The translations under genes were made by a program, and so were the position numbers. Under the pieces are notes generated by a model. The model made no database searches and was not told the origin of the DNA. It saw nothing but the letters and a program-made list of their open reading frames with translations. From Trypanosoma brucei (lineage: Eukaryota), in NCBI GenBank assembly GCA_000002445.1, contig CP000070.1, positions 1,088,001 through 1,152,000 of the forward strand: 64,000 bases of DNA, in the 5' to 3' direction. This document shows positions 43,611 through 53,300 of the stretch, one piece after another; the first letter of the stretch is position 1, and every line of letters begins with the position of its first letter.

Positions 43611-46117
43611 GTATTCAATTTCAGCCTCTATAGCCGGTGTGACTCCCGGGAAATAGTGACTTTTGCGACACGAGGTTTTCCCTTTCCTCGAGGTTTCTCA
43701 AACTTTAATCAACACCGCCGCCACTGCGATTCCTTCATACCTCCAACAGAATGCCGATCAGTAATTCAACAACGAGGGCGTGCTTGTGCCTCTCGGTTTG
43801 CCGATGCTAATCCGTCCTGGAAGGGAACTCCGGTCTAGCAGTCTCTCTCTCCACCTCACGGGTTCTATCAGCGACCAGTCGAGACAGCAGTTGTGACGTT
43901 TACTTTCCAATGTGAAGTAGATCCCCTGTAGATACCATCCCAACCCCCGCTGCCCAAAGTGCAGTGAAAGGGCTCACCCGCACCGCCGCATATTCTCCCG
44001 GCGCAATACACCGAGTGTTGCATAACTTAATTTTTTGAGGCTGCCGCTGCAACCAACAGCAGGCGTGCACCCTCGCATACCATCCAACTGTCCCATAATA
44101 AAGCGATTGGCCTCGATGCGCCTACCCAGACGCTCCATGCCTGATTTCAAATTACAACCACTACGCTTTGAGAATCAACATCCCCACAATAGAGGTGTAT
44201 GAAAAGCAGCTATTATGCATTTGTGTCACCGCTGTGCGCGGATGTTGTGGGTTCCACTGCCTTGACAACTGAGTGTGCCCCCTTTGCTAATTATGGTTCC
44301 TTTAATGAGCTTCAAATACGGTAAATAGTGGAAGAGGAATTAGATTTGTACAGCACACACTCATAGAAAGCGAAGCAGTGATACCACAATGGTTAAGTGC
44401 ACCGCACTGCTCACATCAAATGGGGAAGGAACAAATTATGCACCGCGGCGATCCTCAGGAAATCAAGTTCCAAGTTCATTACCGAAGTCCAAGCGCGTTA
44501 AAAACTCACAACAAGCTGTAGGTCGGAGCTGTTGCAATTGATAGCGAATCCGTTGCGACATGAAGGAAGTGGCAATCCTTTTCATCCTACATGAGGGCAT
44601 TCGTGCCTGAAATAATCAGATGGAGTTTGACATTAATGAGTTCAACGCCTCTACAGTGTTTGTTTGAGATTTGTATGAACTCAAACATCCCCTGCATCAC
44701 CATGCAATTGTCTTCAGTGGGATTACACACATGCTTACGCTCCACACCTCTGAGCATCTCGTAACAAGTCAACCAAAAGGGCCCCGCCAACTTCCGTTTC
44801 TCTCGCTGCTGCTCTCATTCAATCAGTCATAACCATTATATTGTAAATGTTTTTTTTTGTTTGTCAGGTTTCAGGAGGTTCCACTCGATGCTTTGGCCTT
44901 CGGGAGTCCCGCAACATCTCGAAGAACCGCCACAACGCTTCCATTCCTCTCACGGAGTTTCTGTTGTGCCACCTGCGCCTCCCAACCGCATTCACGCACC
45001 AAAAGTTGCACATCCTCCTCCGACACCGGGATCTGCGCCAACTCATCAGCTCGCTTCTTCTCAGCTAATTTCTTTTTCGCCACATCGGCATAAAGTTTCT
45101 GCATCCGCTGCTGCACCGCTTTCTCGTCATATTTCCGTACTTCTACTGCCTTTTCCGCTCCATCAGAAATTGTCCTCATGGATTTTTGCACATCGGATTG
45201 CCGAGTCATTGTTTCCAGGTGGGGGAAATAAAGAAGTGGGTGTCAGCAGTGCTTAATTTTGTCGACCGGAACCGCGTTAATTAGAGTCGTTACAAAATTA
45301 ATGACTACTAAAGCACTTAACTTCCAATAATGTTGCAACGATGGGTGTGTGGAGTAGAATAACTCAGAGCAAAGGTAAAAAGTTGCACGTGGGTGGGGTG
45401 TGAAAATACTACCAGATACATTGACACGAGTGCAGGCTATTAATATTCATAACCCCGCAGTGCTAAAAGGACCTTTTAATCATTCCAGTGGTTCATACGC
45501 AACAAAATACAGTCACATCCATAAACCACCATTCAACACACATCAATATTATCATTGATACCGAGACAACTAACAGGATTTCAACGAGGCGAGTGAGGAG
45601 ACAGAAAACTTCCCGAATATGGATTCAATTGGGAAGTATATAATACACACATTCCCATATTACGCTAACAACTTTGCAAGGTGGTGCTAACGGTAAAATG
45701 AGTAATACACAAAATGTATGTGGTATAATATGAAAGATGAAAAAGTAGGGAGGGAAAGGAAGGGGGGGCTCAAAGTAGTTTCCGTGCATGCAGTAACAGG
45801 AAGACCGCGTGTGCAAGATGTATTTAGACACTGAATAGTAGCCATGTGTTGTCCAATGCATATTTATCAGTCGTACATAGGGCAGTCAAAGCAACAAGGT
45901 GGGCGGGAATAAACGAGCAAGAGGGGGAAAAAAAACATAAAATAACATAAAAGGGGATGGGAGGCGTTCAAACAAAGAATGCCACCCCAAGCTCCTCACC
46001 ACACGTGGAGTGGGGTGCTGGTATATGCAGCGAAAAGCAAAAGCAAAAAAAAGTATATCAAAGAGACGCAGTGGAATGTTGTCCACAACTAACCGCGCAT
46101 TACTTCGGATTGTTGTC
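42482..46117. repeat. Right arm (3636 bp) of the inverted repeat
   Basis: It is the reverse complement of 37880-41515, as described for the left arm. Confidence 0.9.
44871..45209 (-). CDS. HYPK-like / UBA-like small protein (copy 2, in the right arm; identical translation to copy 1)
   Basis: A 112-aa translation identical to that of 38788-39126. Confidence 0.5.
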   Translation of the reverse strand: MTRQSDVQKSMRTISDGAEKAVEVRKYDEKAVQQRMQKLYADVAKKKLAEKKRADELAQIPVSEEDVQLLVRECGWEAQVAQQKLRERNGSVVAVLRDVAGLPKAKASSGTS

Positions 46118-46975
46118 AGCACTATTGCTATCAGATATGCCTTCGTTACTTTCTGTTTCCATTCTGGCATCGTCGACGTTTAGGACATTGACTGCATGTT
46201 TATTTGGAGTAGGAATGTCTTCCTCTTCTTCTTCTTCATCTTCCTCTTTTTCTGCATCCCTTCTCCATTTAAAAATTAAGAATACGCAAATTGCAGAAAC
46301 GAGAGCCATAAAAAACAAAATGACGCCCGAGAAGGTTCGCAGAGCCGCGCAGCCCTCCCCGCACCTATGAAGTTTTTCACTTATGGTCGGGTTCTTGACG
46401 CTCAGGAGGCGCACGGCACCGTTGCTACCGGTTTCGCTGTTACCACCGTACTCATTGTACAAGTTGTTTGTGTGTTTATACGTTCCTTGCATTAGTAACG
46501 ACGATATCTCGCTGGGATTCCATGTGTGCTGCATCTTCTCGCTCGGGGTACCATTTATCAAAACTTGCGTAATGGTCACTGTAACACTCATGTGTTTACC
46601 TCGAGTATTTACGTCGTTGATGTCAGCTGTGGTGTCGAAAGCGTGTCTCCGTAATATTTGAGCGTAAATATCAAGAAGAAGAGCCGTCTTTAGTTTCCTT
46701 TCACCCCCCGTATACACACCACCCCACTTATCGCCACTAAAAGTGATTACATGTTTCGATGTGCCCAACTGTTCTTCGTCAGTGGAATTATTGTCCCTCG
46801 GTGTTGCAAAGCAATTTTTCGAGAGAGTGGGCATGGGGATCAGCAACAGCATTGCTGCTGTTGTAAGAGAAAATGAAACCTTCACTGTCATTATGCTGAA
46901 AAGGGCTTTCTCTTTTCCTTTCTTTTTGTAAGCTACCCGTGTTTTACTTCTTTGCTCTAAGCCAAAACTTACCAA
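46100..46975 (-). CDS. Small type-I membrane protein family, copy B. It has a divergent N-terminus and a longer acidic tail. The likely start is the Met at 46891.
   Basis: MTVKVSFSLTTAAMLLLIPMPTLS is a signal peptide. KTALLLDIYAQILRRHAF, MQHTWNPSEISSLLMQGTYKHT and LHRCGEGCAAL match family motifs. The TM segment is VILFFMALVSAICVFLIF. The last 5 codons and the stop lie inside the right palindrome arm. Confidence 0.6.
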   Translation of the reverse strand: MVSFGLEQRSKTRVAYKKKGKEKALFSIMTVKVSFSLTTAAMLLLIPMPTLSKNCFATPRDNNSTDEEQLGTSKHVITFSGDKWGGVYTGGERKLKTALLLDIYAQILRRHAFDTTADINDVNTRGKHMSVTVTITQVLINGTPSEKMQHTWNPSEISSLLMQGTYKHTNNLYNEYGGNSETGSNGAVRLLSVKNPTISEKLHRCGEGCAALRTFSGVILFFMALVSAICVFLIFKWRRDAEKEEDEEEEEEDIPTPNKHAVNVLNVDDARMETESNEGISDSNSADNNPK

Positions 46976-47899
46976 TAATTCGAGTACGGTTGAAGAAAGA
47001 AAGAAAGGGGGGAGTGAAGGGAATCATGTTGGACAGAATCCACAACAAAAATTATAATTAACCGAATGGATCAACTTCATTGTCCAAACAGTCTCTGTTG
47101 TACTGCTGTTGTCGTCACCGTTCATTTGTGGTGAGGGAAGGAATTGTGTGTGCCGATTTATCCTTCCTGTTTTCTCTTAATAACGAGACAATAAAATAAG
47201 TGACCGTTAATATCTTTTATTTTCTTTTCTTCCCCCGGTACTCGAACCGCAAGGCGGGGGAGTCACATATAACGAGAGATCAAAGATACAAATAAATAAT
47301 ATAAAACAGCAGAAGGGCACACACACACATACATATATATATATATACATGTATGAGGGAACGAAATTAAGATAGTTTTTAACAAGGAGGAAGAAATAAA
47401 GCACTGAAAACTAAAAGAAACTCGACGCAACGGCTCTCAATATTCGCCGTACTTTACTCTCAGGGATCGCAGAGGTGTATTTTTTTTTCTTTCCTTGTCC
47501 CATTTCTTTTGGCACCTCCCGCGGCCTGCTCGTGGAAGAATGCACATAATTACGATAACTTACGTTCATGTCATATAAAATAATAATAATAGACAACAAC
47601 GACGCGGTGGCGATGATTGTTTTGATTAAATAACCTGAAGGGGGAAAAAAAAAAGAAACCTCAGTGGAGGAATATTCACAGATGGATGTTTTTTTCATTA
47701 TTATTTTGTTTTTGTTTCTGCGGGTGACAGCCTTTCCTTTAATTTTATTTGTTGGTTATGTACCGCTCATGTCCTACGTTGAGTGGTGGAAGAAGCACAA
47801 AAACAAGACTACAGCACAACTGAGTGAACAAATAAACTAACAACAAAAGTAATCGGATTGAAGCAGTGACGAATAAAACTTTTTTCACTACATATGCCT

Positions 47900-48613
47900 T
47901 TATTTGTTTGTTTCCTCAGTCCTATAGTGGTCTTGATTGTAAGGATGATTGGCATTGCTCTCATCTTTTTCTTTTGGTTCCCCACGGCAACAGTTGACGA
48001 TTAGGTAAATGATCAAAATAAGTAAAGAAACCCCCATTAAAATAATAACTACCATCGCCAGCTTTAATAGTCGCCTGCATGTGTCATCGCACTCACCAAA
48101 ATGCAGTTTTCCATCATGCACCTTCACGGAGATGAGTTCCGGTCTCTTCACACCTTCGTACAAACTTAGCGTTTTACTATAATCCGTCTGCGTAATAAGT
48201 GAATTCACCTCCGCAGGCGGCCAAATGTGTTGCCTCTCAGGATTTGAAACTTGTGCCCTGACGGTTTGTACAACAACTATGAGTATTTCGATAAAGTTGT
48301 GTGTGGGGTCGAATGAGGTAATTAAAACCTCCGTCAGAAAACTTCCATTCCGTTGCACGTAACGATCGATGTCGCTCACAAGTATTTCCCTCAGTTGTTC
48401 CTCTTTCTGCTGGACAGTTGCCGCCCAATTGTCGCCATCAAATTTCACGGTATGTTTTGATGTTGAGGACTGCTGGATGTCGTCAGCACACCTACCAGGA
48501 ACAGGAAGCAGCAGTAATAACACAGTGGTTGCCGCTAACAGGGAAAGGTGGAAAGCCTTCATCACCATTACGCCAAACTTTTGTTTCTCGTCGTTGCTGC
48601 TTTTCTTACTCAC
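47900..48613 (-). CDS. Small type-I membrane protein family, copy C
   Basis: The N-terminal 40 aa are identical to copy A (MSKKSSNDEKQKFGVMVMKAF.LSLLAATTVLLLLLPVPGRCAD), as is the 5' flank. The ectodomain is divergent (RQHIWPPAEVNSLITQTDYSKT; LHFGECDDTCRRL). A C-terminal TM segment and short tail follow. Confidence 0.6.
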   Translation of the reverse strand: MSKKSSNDEKQKFGVMVMKAFHLSLLAATTVLLLLLPVPGRCADDIQQSSTSKHTVKFDGDNWAATVQQKEEQLREILVSDIDRYVQRNGSFLTEVLITSFDPTHNFIEILIVVVQTVRAQVSNPERQHIWPPAEVNSLITQTDYSKTLSLYEGVKRPELISVKVHDGKLHFGECDDTCRRLLKLAMVVIILMGVSLLILIIYLIVNCCRGEPKEKDESNANHPYNQDHYRTEETNK

Positions 48614-49538
48614 TGTGTGTTACCTTTTTCTCCACTTACTTGCTATGGGGTCTGTGCAAACATTGAAAAATTATGGGAAGAGTGAAGAGAAACAATGGTG
48701 CAGTGATTTGTGCTCTTGAGTTTGTACGGGTGTGCGCGTGTATTAAGTCAAGAAATGAGTGAGATAACAATGACCAATAAACAGGAGTCAGAAAGAGTAT
48801 TTGTACAAAGAAAAATTAGTGAACGATGCGGGAGAGCAACAACACAAGCTCAATAACAATAACGGAAAAAAGCAATGAAGACGACAGTCGCTTTGCCTAC
48901 TTGTCATCACAAATGTTAATTTCCTGCTGATGGGCAATAACCCAATGCCTACCCTCGGTAATTTGGTGAGATTCAGAGAAAAAAAGCAAAGGAATGTGGG
49001 AATTTCTTCGATCGAATGGAAACCCCTCAAAAAGGAGGAAAAAGTAAACATACGTAAAAATAACTCCCCCTCCTTCTGTCACACGAATATACAAGAATAT
49101 ATGTATTTTTACGCACACGTGAATTAAATGTTGCGCGCAACAAGAAATAAAACACAAGAGAACTTACATTGCCATTTTTTGTTTTAGTATCATCTGTTTA
49201 AGACAAATATCAACCGGTGAAGCACAAAGAGTTGTTGAAACAGAGATAAATAGATAAATTCAATAGTGTATATGAAGCACGGAGTGATGACAGTCGAAAA
49301 TACGAAGGAACGGGATGCGCATAACACAGAAGAGTGAATACGGTGCAATGACAAATCAAAAGAAAAAATACAACTCACTCGATATCATGAGACTTCTACA
49401 ATCAGAAAGCATTTGCTATTAGCGTGGAAAAAGAATGAAGAAGCAATAAAATATGTATAACAATGGCACGTACCTATAGCCACAGCTAGTATTGGGGGCA
49501 TCGAACCTGATGGGGCTAGTCCGCCGTTTTCGGTCACT

Positions 49539-50219
49539 TTAATCCCTTTCTTCAAGTTTCGGACGCCGGAAATGCGAATAAATCCAAATGTACGCCGTCA
49601 CACTAACTATTATGGTCATAGCAGCGAGAGACACGGCCACCACACCTCTAAGAATTTGACAGCTCGTGCCACATAATGGCGGACCCGGGGGAACCAAAGG
49701 AAGTCTGACGGTAATGAGTTCAACATCCCCATGGGGTTTGTACGTGCTTTTTGTGTGTTCAAATTTTCCCTGCATTATCATAGAGTTGGCCTCACTGGGA
49801 TTCCACACATGCTGCAACTCAGGCGTGGGGTCATCAGCCAATGCAACTTGTGTAACGGTCACTTCAACTTCCATTTCCCCCTCTCTCACTTTCATATTGT
49901 TGATGGTAACGGTGGTGTTGACGGCGTACTCCCGTTGCGTTTGCAAGTAAATGTCGAGCAAAAGTGACTTCCTCAACTTCGCTTCATCACTTATGACAAT
50001 TTCGTCCCATTTCGTGCCTTTAAAGGTGATTATGTGCTTCGATTTGCCGAACTCCGTTGGTTGCAAGTACAACATCGTACCATTGAGGCAGTCAGAGTGT
50101 GCGGGAACAGGAAGCAGCAGTAATAACACAGTGGTTGCCGCTAACAGGGAAAGGGGGAAAGCCTTCATCACCATTACGCCAAACTTTTGTTTCTCGTCGT
50201 TGCTGCTTTTCTTACTCAC
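49539..50219 (-). CDS. Small type-I membrane protein family, copy D
   Basis: It shares the N-terminus and 5' flank with copies A and C. Family motifs are RKSLLLDIYLQTQREYAV and LQHVWNPSEANSMIMQGKFEHT. The TM segment is VAVSLAAMTIIVSVTAYIWIY. Confidence 0.6.
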   Translation of the reverse strand: MSKKSSNDEKQKFGVMVMKAFPLSLLAATTVLLLLLPVPAHSDCLNGTMLYLQPTEFGKSKHIITFKGTKWDEIVISDEAKLRKSLLLDIYLQTQREYAVNTTVTINNMKVREGEMEVEVTVTQVALADDPTPELQHVWNPSEANSMIMQGKFEHTKSTYKPHGDVELITVRLPLVPPGPPLCGTSCQILRGVVAVSLAAMTIIVSVTAYIWIYSHFRRPKLEERD

Positions 50220-51871
50220 TGTGTGTTACCTTTTTCTCCACTTACTTGCTATGGGGTCTGTGCAAACATTGAAAAATTATGGGAAGAGTGAAGAGAAACA
50301 ATGGTGCAGTGATTTGTGCTCTTGAGTTTGTACGGGTGTGCGCGTGTATTAAGTCAAGAAATGAGTGAGATAACAATGACCAATAACGCTACTTGATGAT
50401 GGAAACAAAAAGGGTACACGCATAAGAAGTCTACCACCATTCCATGGTGTGATTATTGCAAACTCGAAGGTAGTGTCGATTAACCACCCAGACGAGCCAT
50501 CTCCAGTTGTCGTTACTGTTGTTAATAGACCGAAAACAAGCCCTAGTAAGCGGTTAATTACTGGAGGAAGGATTTGCTCCTCTTTATTGGTGCTGCATAC
50601 TAACTTGTTATCATTGTTCCTTCAGCACTGCTGTTCAGTACGATAGGAGGAGGGGATTTGAATATATATATATATATATAAACAACTTTGCAGAACCAAA
50701 ATGCATCACTGAATTCCAACGAAGCGTTAAGACGAAAAATGATAACCCCCTCTCAGCATTGTCGACGCCAAGTTTATCGTTTTAAATACAAACATGCACG
50801 GAAATACGTATGATGCGTGCCCATAAACCCGTTGGATCAAATATTCACGCGGCGGCACTCTGTAAAATATAAAATGCCCGTCATGCGGCACGACGGAACG
50901 AGCGGGTCAACTTGTGGTTTCTACCCTTTTGTATCTTCAGGGCGCAATGGTGCTTCCACAACGCACCGAAGCTACTCAATGTCGGTTCACTATCGTGTGG
51001 CAACTTCATGACTAGGCCATTTCGATTTTGAAGTTATACTTCACTACTTAGTCGCCCCACGCTCCATTTCATTTGGAAGTACCGTATCTAACGCGGTGCC
51101 AAGGCTTGTTTTTGCTCCTTTGGCAGAACAAAAACATTCAGTAGCAAACGGTTGGCAGTAAAGTTTGAGATGGGCCGACTAAGAACTCAGAGCCGTTGGC
51201 GCGGATGTCCCCACGGGTTGGTTTAGTATGCCCAAGTGACGTGCTCAGTGAGTTCTTCAGCTGAGTCCTTACGTATTGTGTGAAGGCCGTAGTTAAGCGG
51301 CAGCATTCGTGGGGCCAGATTATTTGACCAAATAGCTGCGACAAGTGAAGGAATACCTTCAGCAGCCTAGTTCTTGTCCATAGTTCCCCTAGAGATAGCT
51401 CTTATGAAGGAGAAAAAGTGAAGGCAACCCATTGGATGTTAGAAGTGAAGCGACGCGAAAGGGGGAAACAGTAAATCTTGCGGATGAAGAAATGCAAACG
51501 TATATCTCATGAGAGTTTGGCTCGAAAGGGAGGCGTTTTGTCAAAAGCGTACGAATGGAAAGGGAAAGAAGGGACAAGTGGCATTTGCGTACTCCCTTTA
51601 AAGTTAGGAACCACAGTTGCACGTCTTCCCGGATGCTCATCCATCCACCTCTTCGCACTGTCACCAGGGCCCCCCTGCCGATTGGGACATGGCTCTCATA
51701 TCAAATAACGCTTTCAAAAGCCTTAACAATTAATAGTCATAAATAATAATAATAATATTGATAGTAGTCGGCACGATGCTGTGCCATGAACGAAGACCGA
51801 CATCCATTCAGTCACAACGCAGTTTCACGCCGTGGAGAACTGCAACGCTGGATTCAGCTTTTTCCTGGTGA

Positions 51872-52765
51872 TCAGCATATTTTGGCTTGTGAGAAGTCCA
51901 TTTCGGGATGCGCCGCCATAAACTTCGCCAGCATTTCTCTCTTTTTCTGCTCCTCTGAAGTGGGCAGTCCCATGGCCTTTTGCCTCTGGTCGTACATCAT
52001 TTTTTCAACCGTTTGTCTTGTATCGCCGTCAAGGTCGTCTAACTTGGAGTTCTCCGGCATCACCTTCTGCAGGTCGATTTCAGCATCACCCACCATAACA
52101 GTCTTCCACCACTCCATTTGATTTTGCTTCGTCAGCGTAACCACCACCGTGTGACCATCTTCAATAGTCCACATGGACTCCTCAGTTTTCACACTGGCAA
52201 AAAGCTCGCCATCAACAATAGGAGGCTTCCCCTTCATCCCCACCCGTAAACGGCGCTGCTGAAGAACCACATCCACATCCTTCCCCTTTGCGCGTGCCAC
52301 CAGTAACGGCACTCTCACTTCGACCTCCTTAAGTGTTTGCGAGAACATATAGTGCTCGTAATCGAACCCGTTCCCGACGGTCGGAGGAAGTCCTTTCGGC
52401 TTTGCTCCATCTTCATCTTCTTTCGCATTTGCTAATTCTTCCTTTTTTCGCTCCAAATCCGCTTTGCGCTTTGCGGCTTCAGCAGCCGCCTGCGCCGCCG
52501 CCTTCGCCTTCACCTCCTCTTCATCCTCCACCTCTTCCACGCGCGAGACGGGTGCCTCCTTCCGTTTTTGCCTTTGTTTCTCTTCCGCCTGCGCTAAATG
52601 GCGGTCAAGTGCGCGTTGTACTGCTGTGCGAGCCATGGCTGGTTGCGAGAAGAAGTCCGTTTTCCGCCCAAGAAAAGAGAAGAAGGTGTTGAGGATGGAG
52701 TCAATGCCATCGTGCTGCTGGGCGATAGCCAAAAGCATCGTGTCGAATCGTTCGTCCGTCGCCAT
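51872..52765 (-). CDS. NUDC: Nuclear migration protein NudC homologue (CS-domain protein)
   Basis: The C-terminal block KGKDVDVVLQQRRLRVGMKGKPPIVDGELFASVKTEESMWTIEDG...LTKQNQMEWWKTVMVGDAEIDLQKVMPENSKLDDLDGDTRQTVEKMMYDQRQKAMGLPTSEEQKKREMLAKFMAAHPEMDFSQAKI is collinear with the NudC CS and C-terminal domains. Confidence 0.8.
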   Translation of the reverse strand: MATDERFDTMLLAIAQQHDGIDSILNTFFSFLGRKTDFFSQPAMARTAVQRALDRHLAQAEEKQRQKRKEAPVSRVEEVEDEEEVKAKAAAQAAAEAAKRKADLERKKEELANAKEDEDGAKPKGLPPTVGNGFDYEHYMFSQTLKEVEVRVPLLVARAKGKDVDVVLQQRRLRVGMKGKPPIVDGELFASVKTEESMWTIEDGHTVVVTLTKQNQMEWWKTVMVGDAEIDLQKVMPENSKLDDLDGDTRQTVEKMMYDQRQKAMGLPTSEEQKKREMLAKFMAAHPEMDFSQAKIC

Positions 52766-53263
52766 GACTTGAACTAGTCGTGTCCGTATGTGGTTAAAAA
52801 GTGTATACGCTTTATGTAGTGCTTGCTGGTAGTACGCATATGCAAAAAAAAAACCAAAGGTAAATATACGAGAAGAGGATTAGCATCGGTATGGGGGGAA
52901 GTGAAGACAGAAAACACGCGATAGCATGATATTGTGGGTAAAAATAAAAATACAACTTAACGCGCGGAGACTCGGAAGCTCCTGAGGGATGGAAAAAAAA
53001 TTATCTGTAGATGTTTGAACCATGTAAGGAAGATCCAAAAAAGCCAGCAGCAACAATGAGCAACATTGAGGATAGAAGGGAAGAGGTGGATGATTCTCGA
53101 AAAAAAAAAACAGAAAGCACCAACGAAGTGGTTGTTTCTTAATGCGCGAAAGCATACGTCCTTACGAGTACCGGCGTTAGTAACTGCCGACACAACAACA
53201 TGAAGGAATAGTGTGAGTATGCAAACCACCTACTGGAGAACCGCAGGGTACATGTTTCTGCAA

Positions 53264-53294
<31 letters not shown>

Positions 53295-53300
53295 GGTTTC

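Larger units (their letters stand above)
39127..44870. other. Convergent strand-switch region: the + gene array ends and the - gene array begins
   Basis: All supported CDSs upstream are on + and all downstream are on -. In kinetoplastids such convergent strand-switch regions are RNA polymerase II termination zones (established knowledge). Confidence 0.6.

Noticed and set aside
49455-49535. A tRNA-like T-loop motif (reverse complement reads caGGTTCGATGcccc) between family copies C and D
   Set aside because: I could not build a complete cloverleaf (acceptor stem, D-arm or anticodon arm) around it by eye. It is probably a chance match. A tRNAscan run would settle the question.
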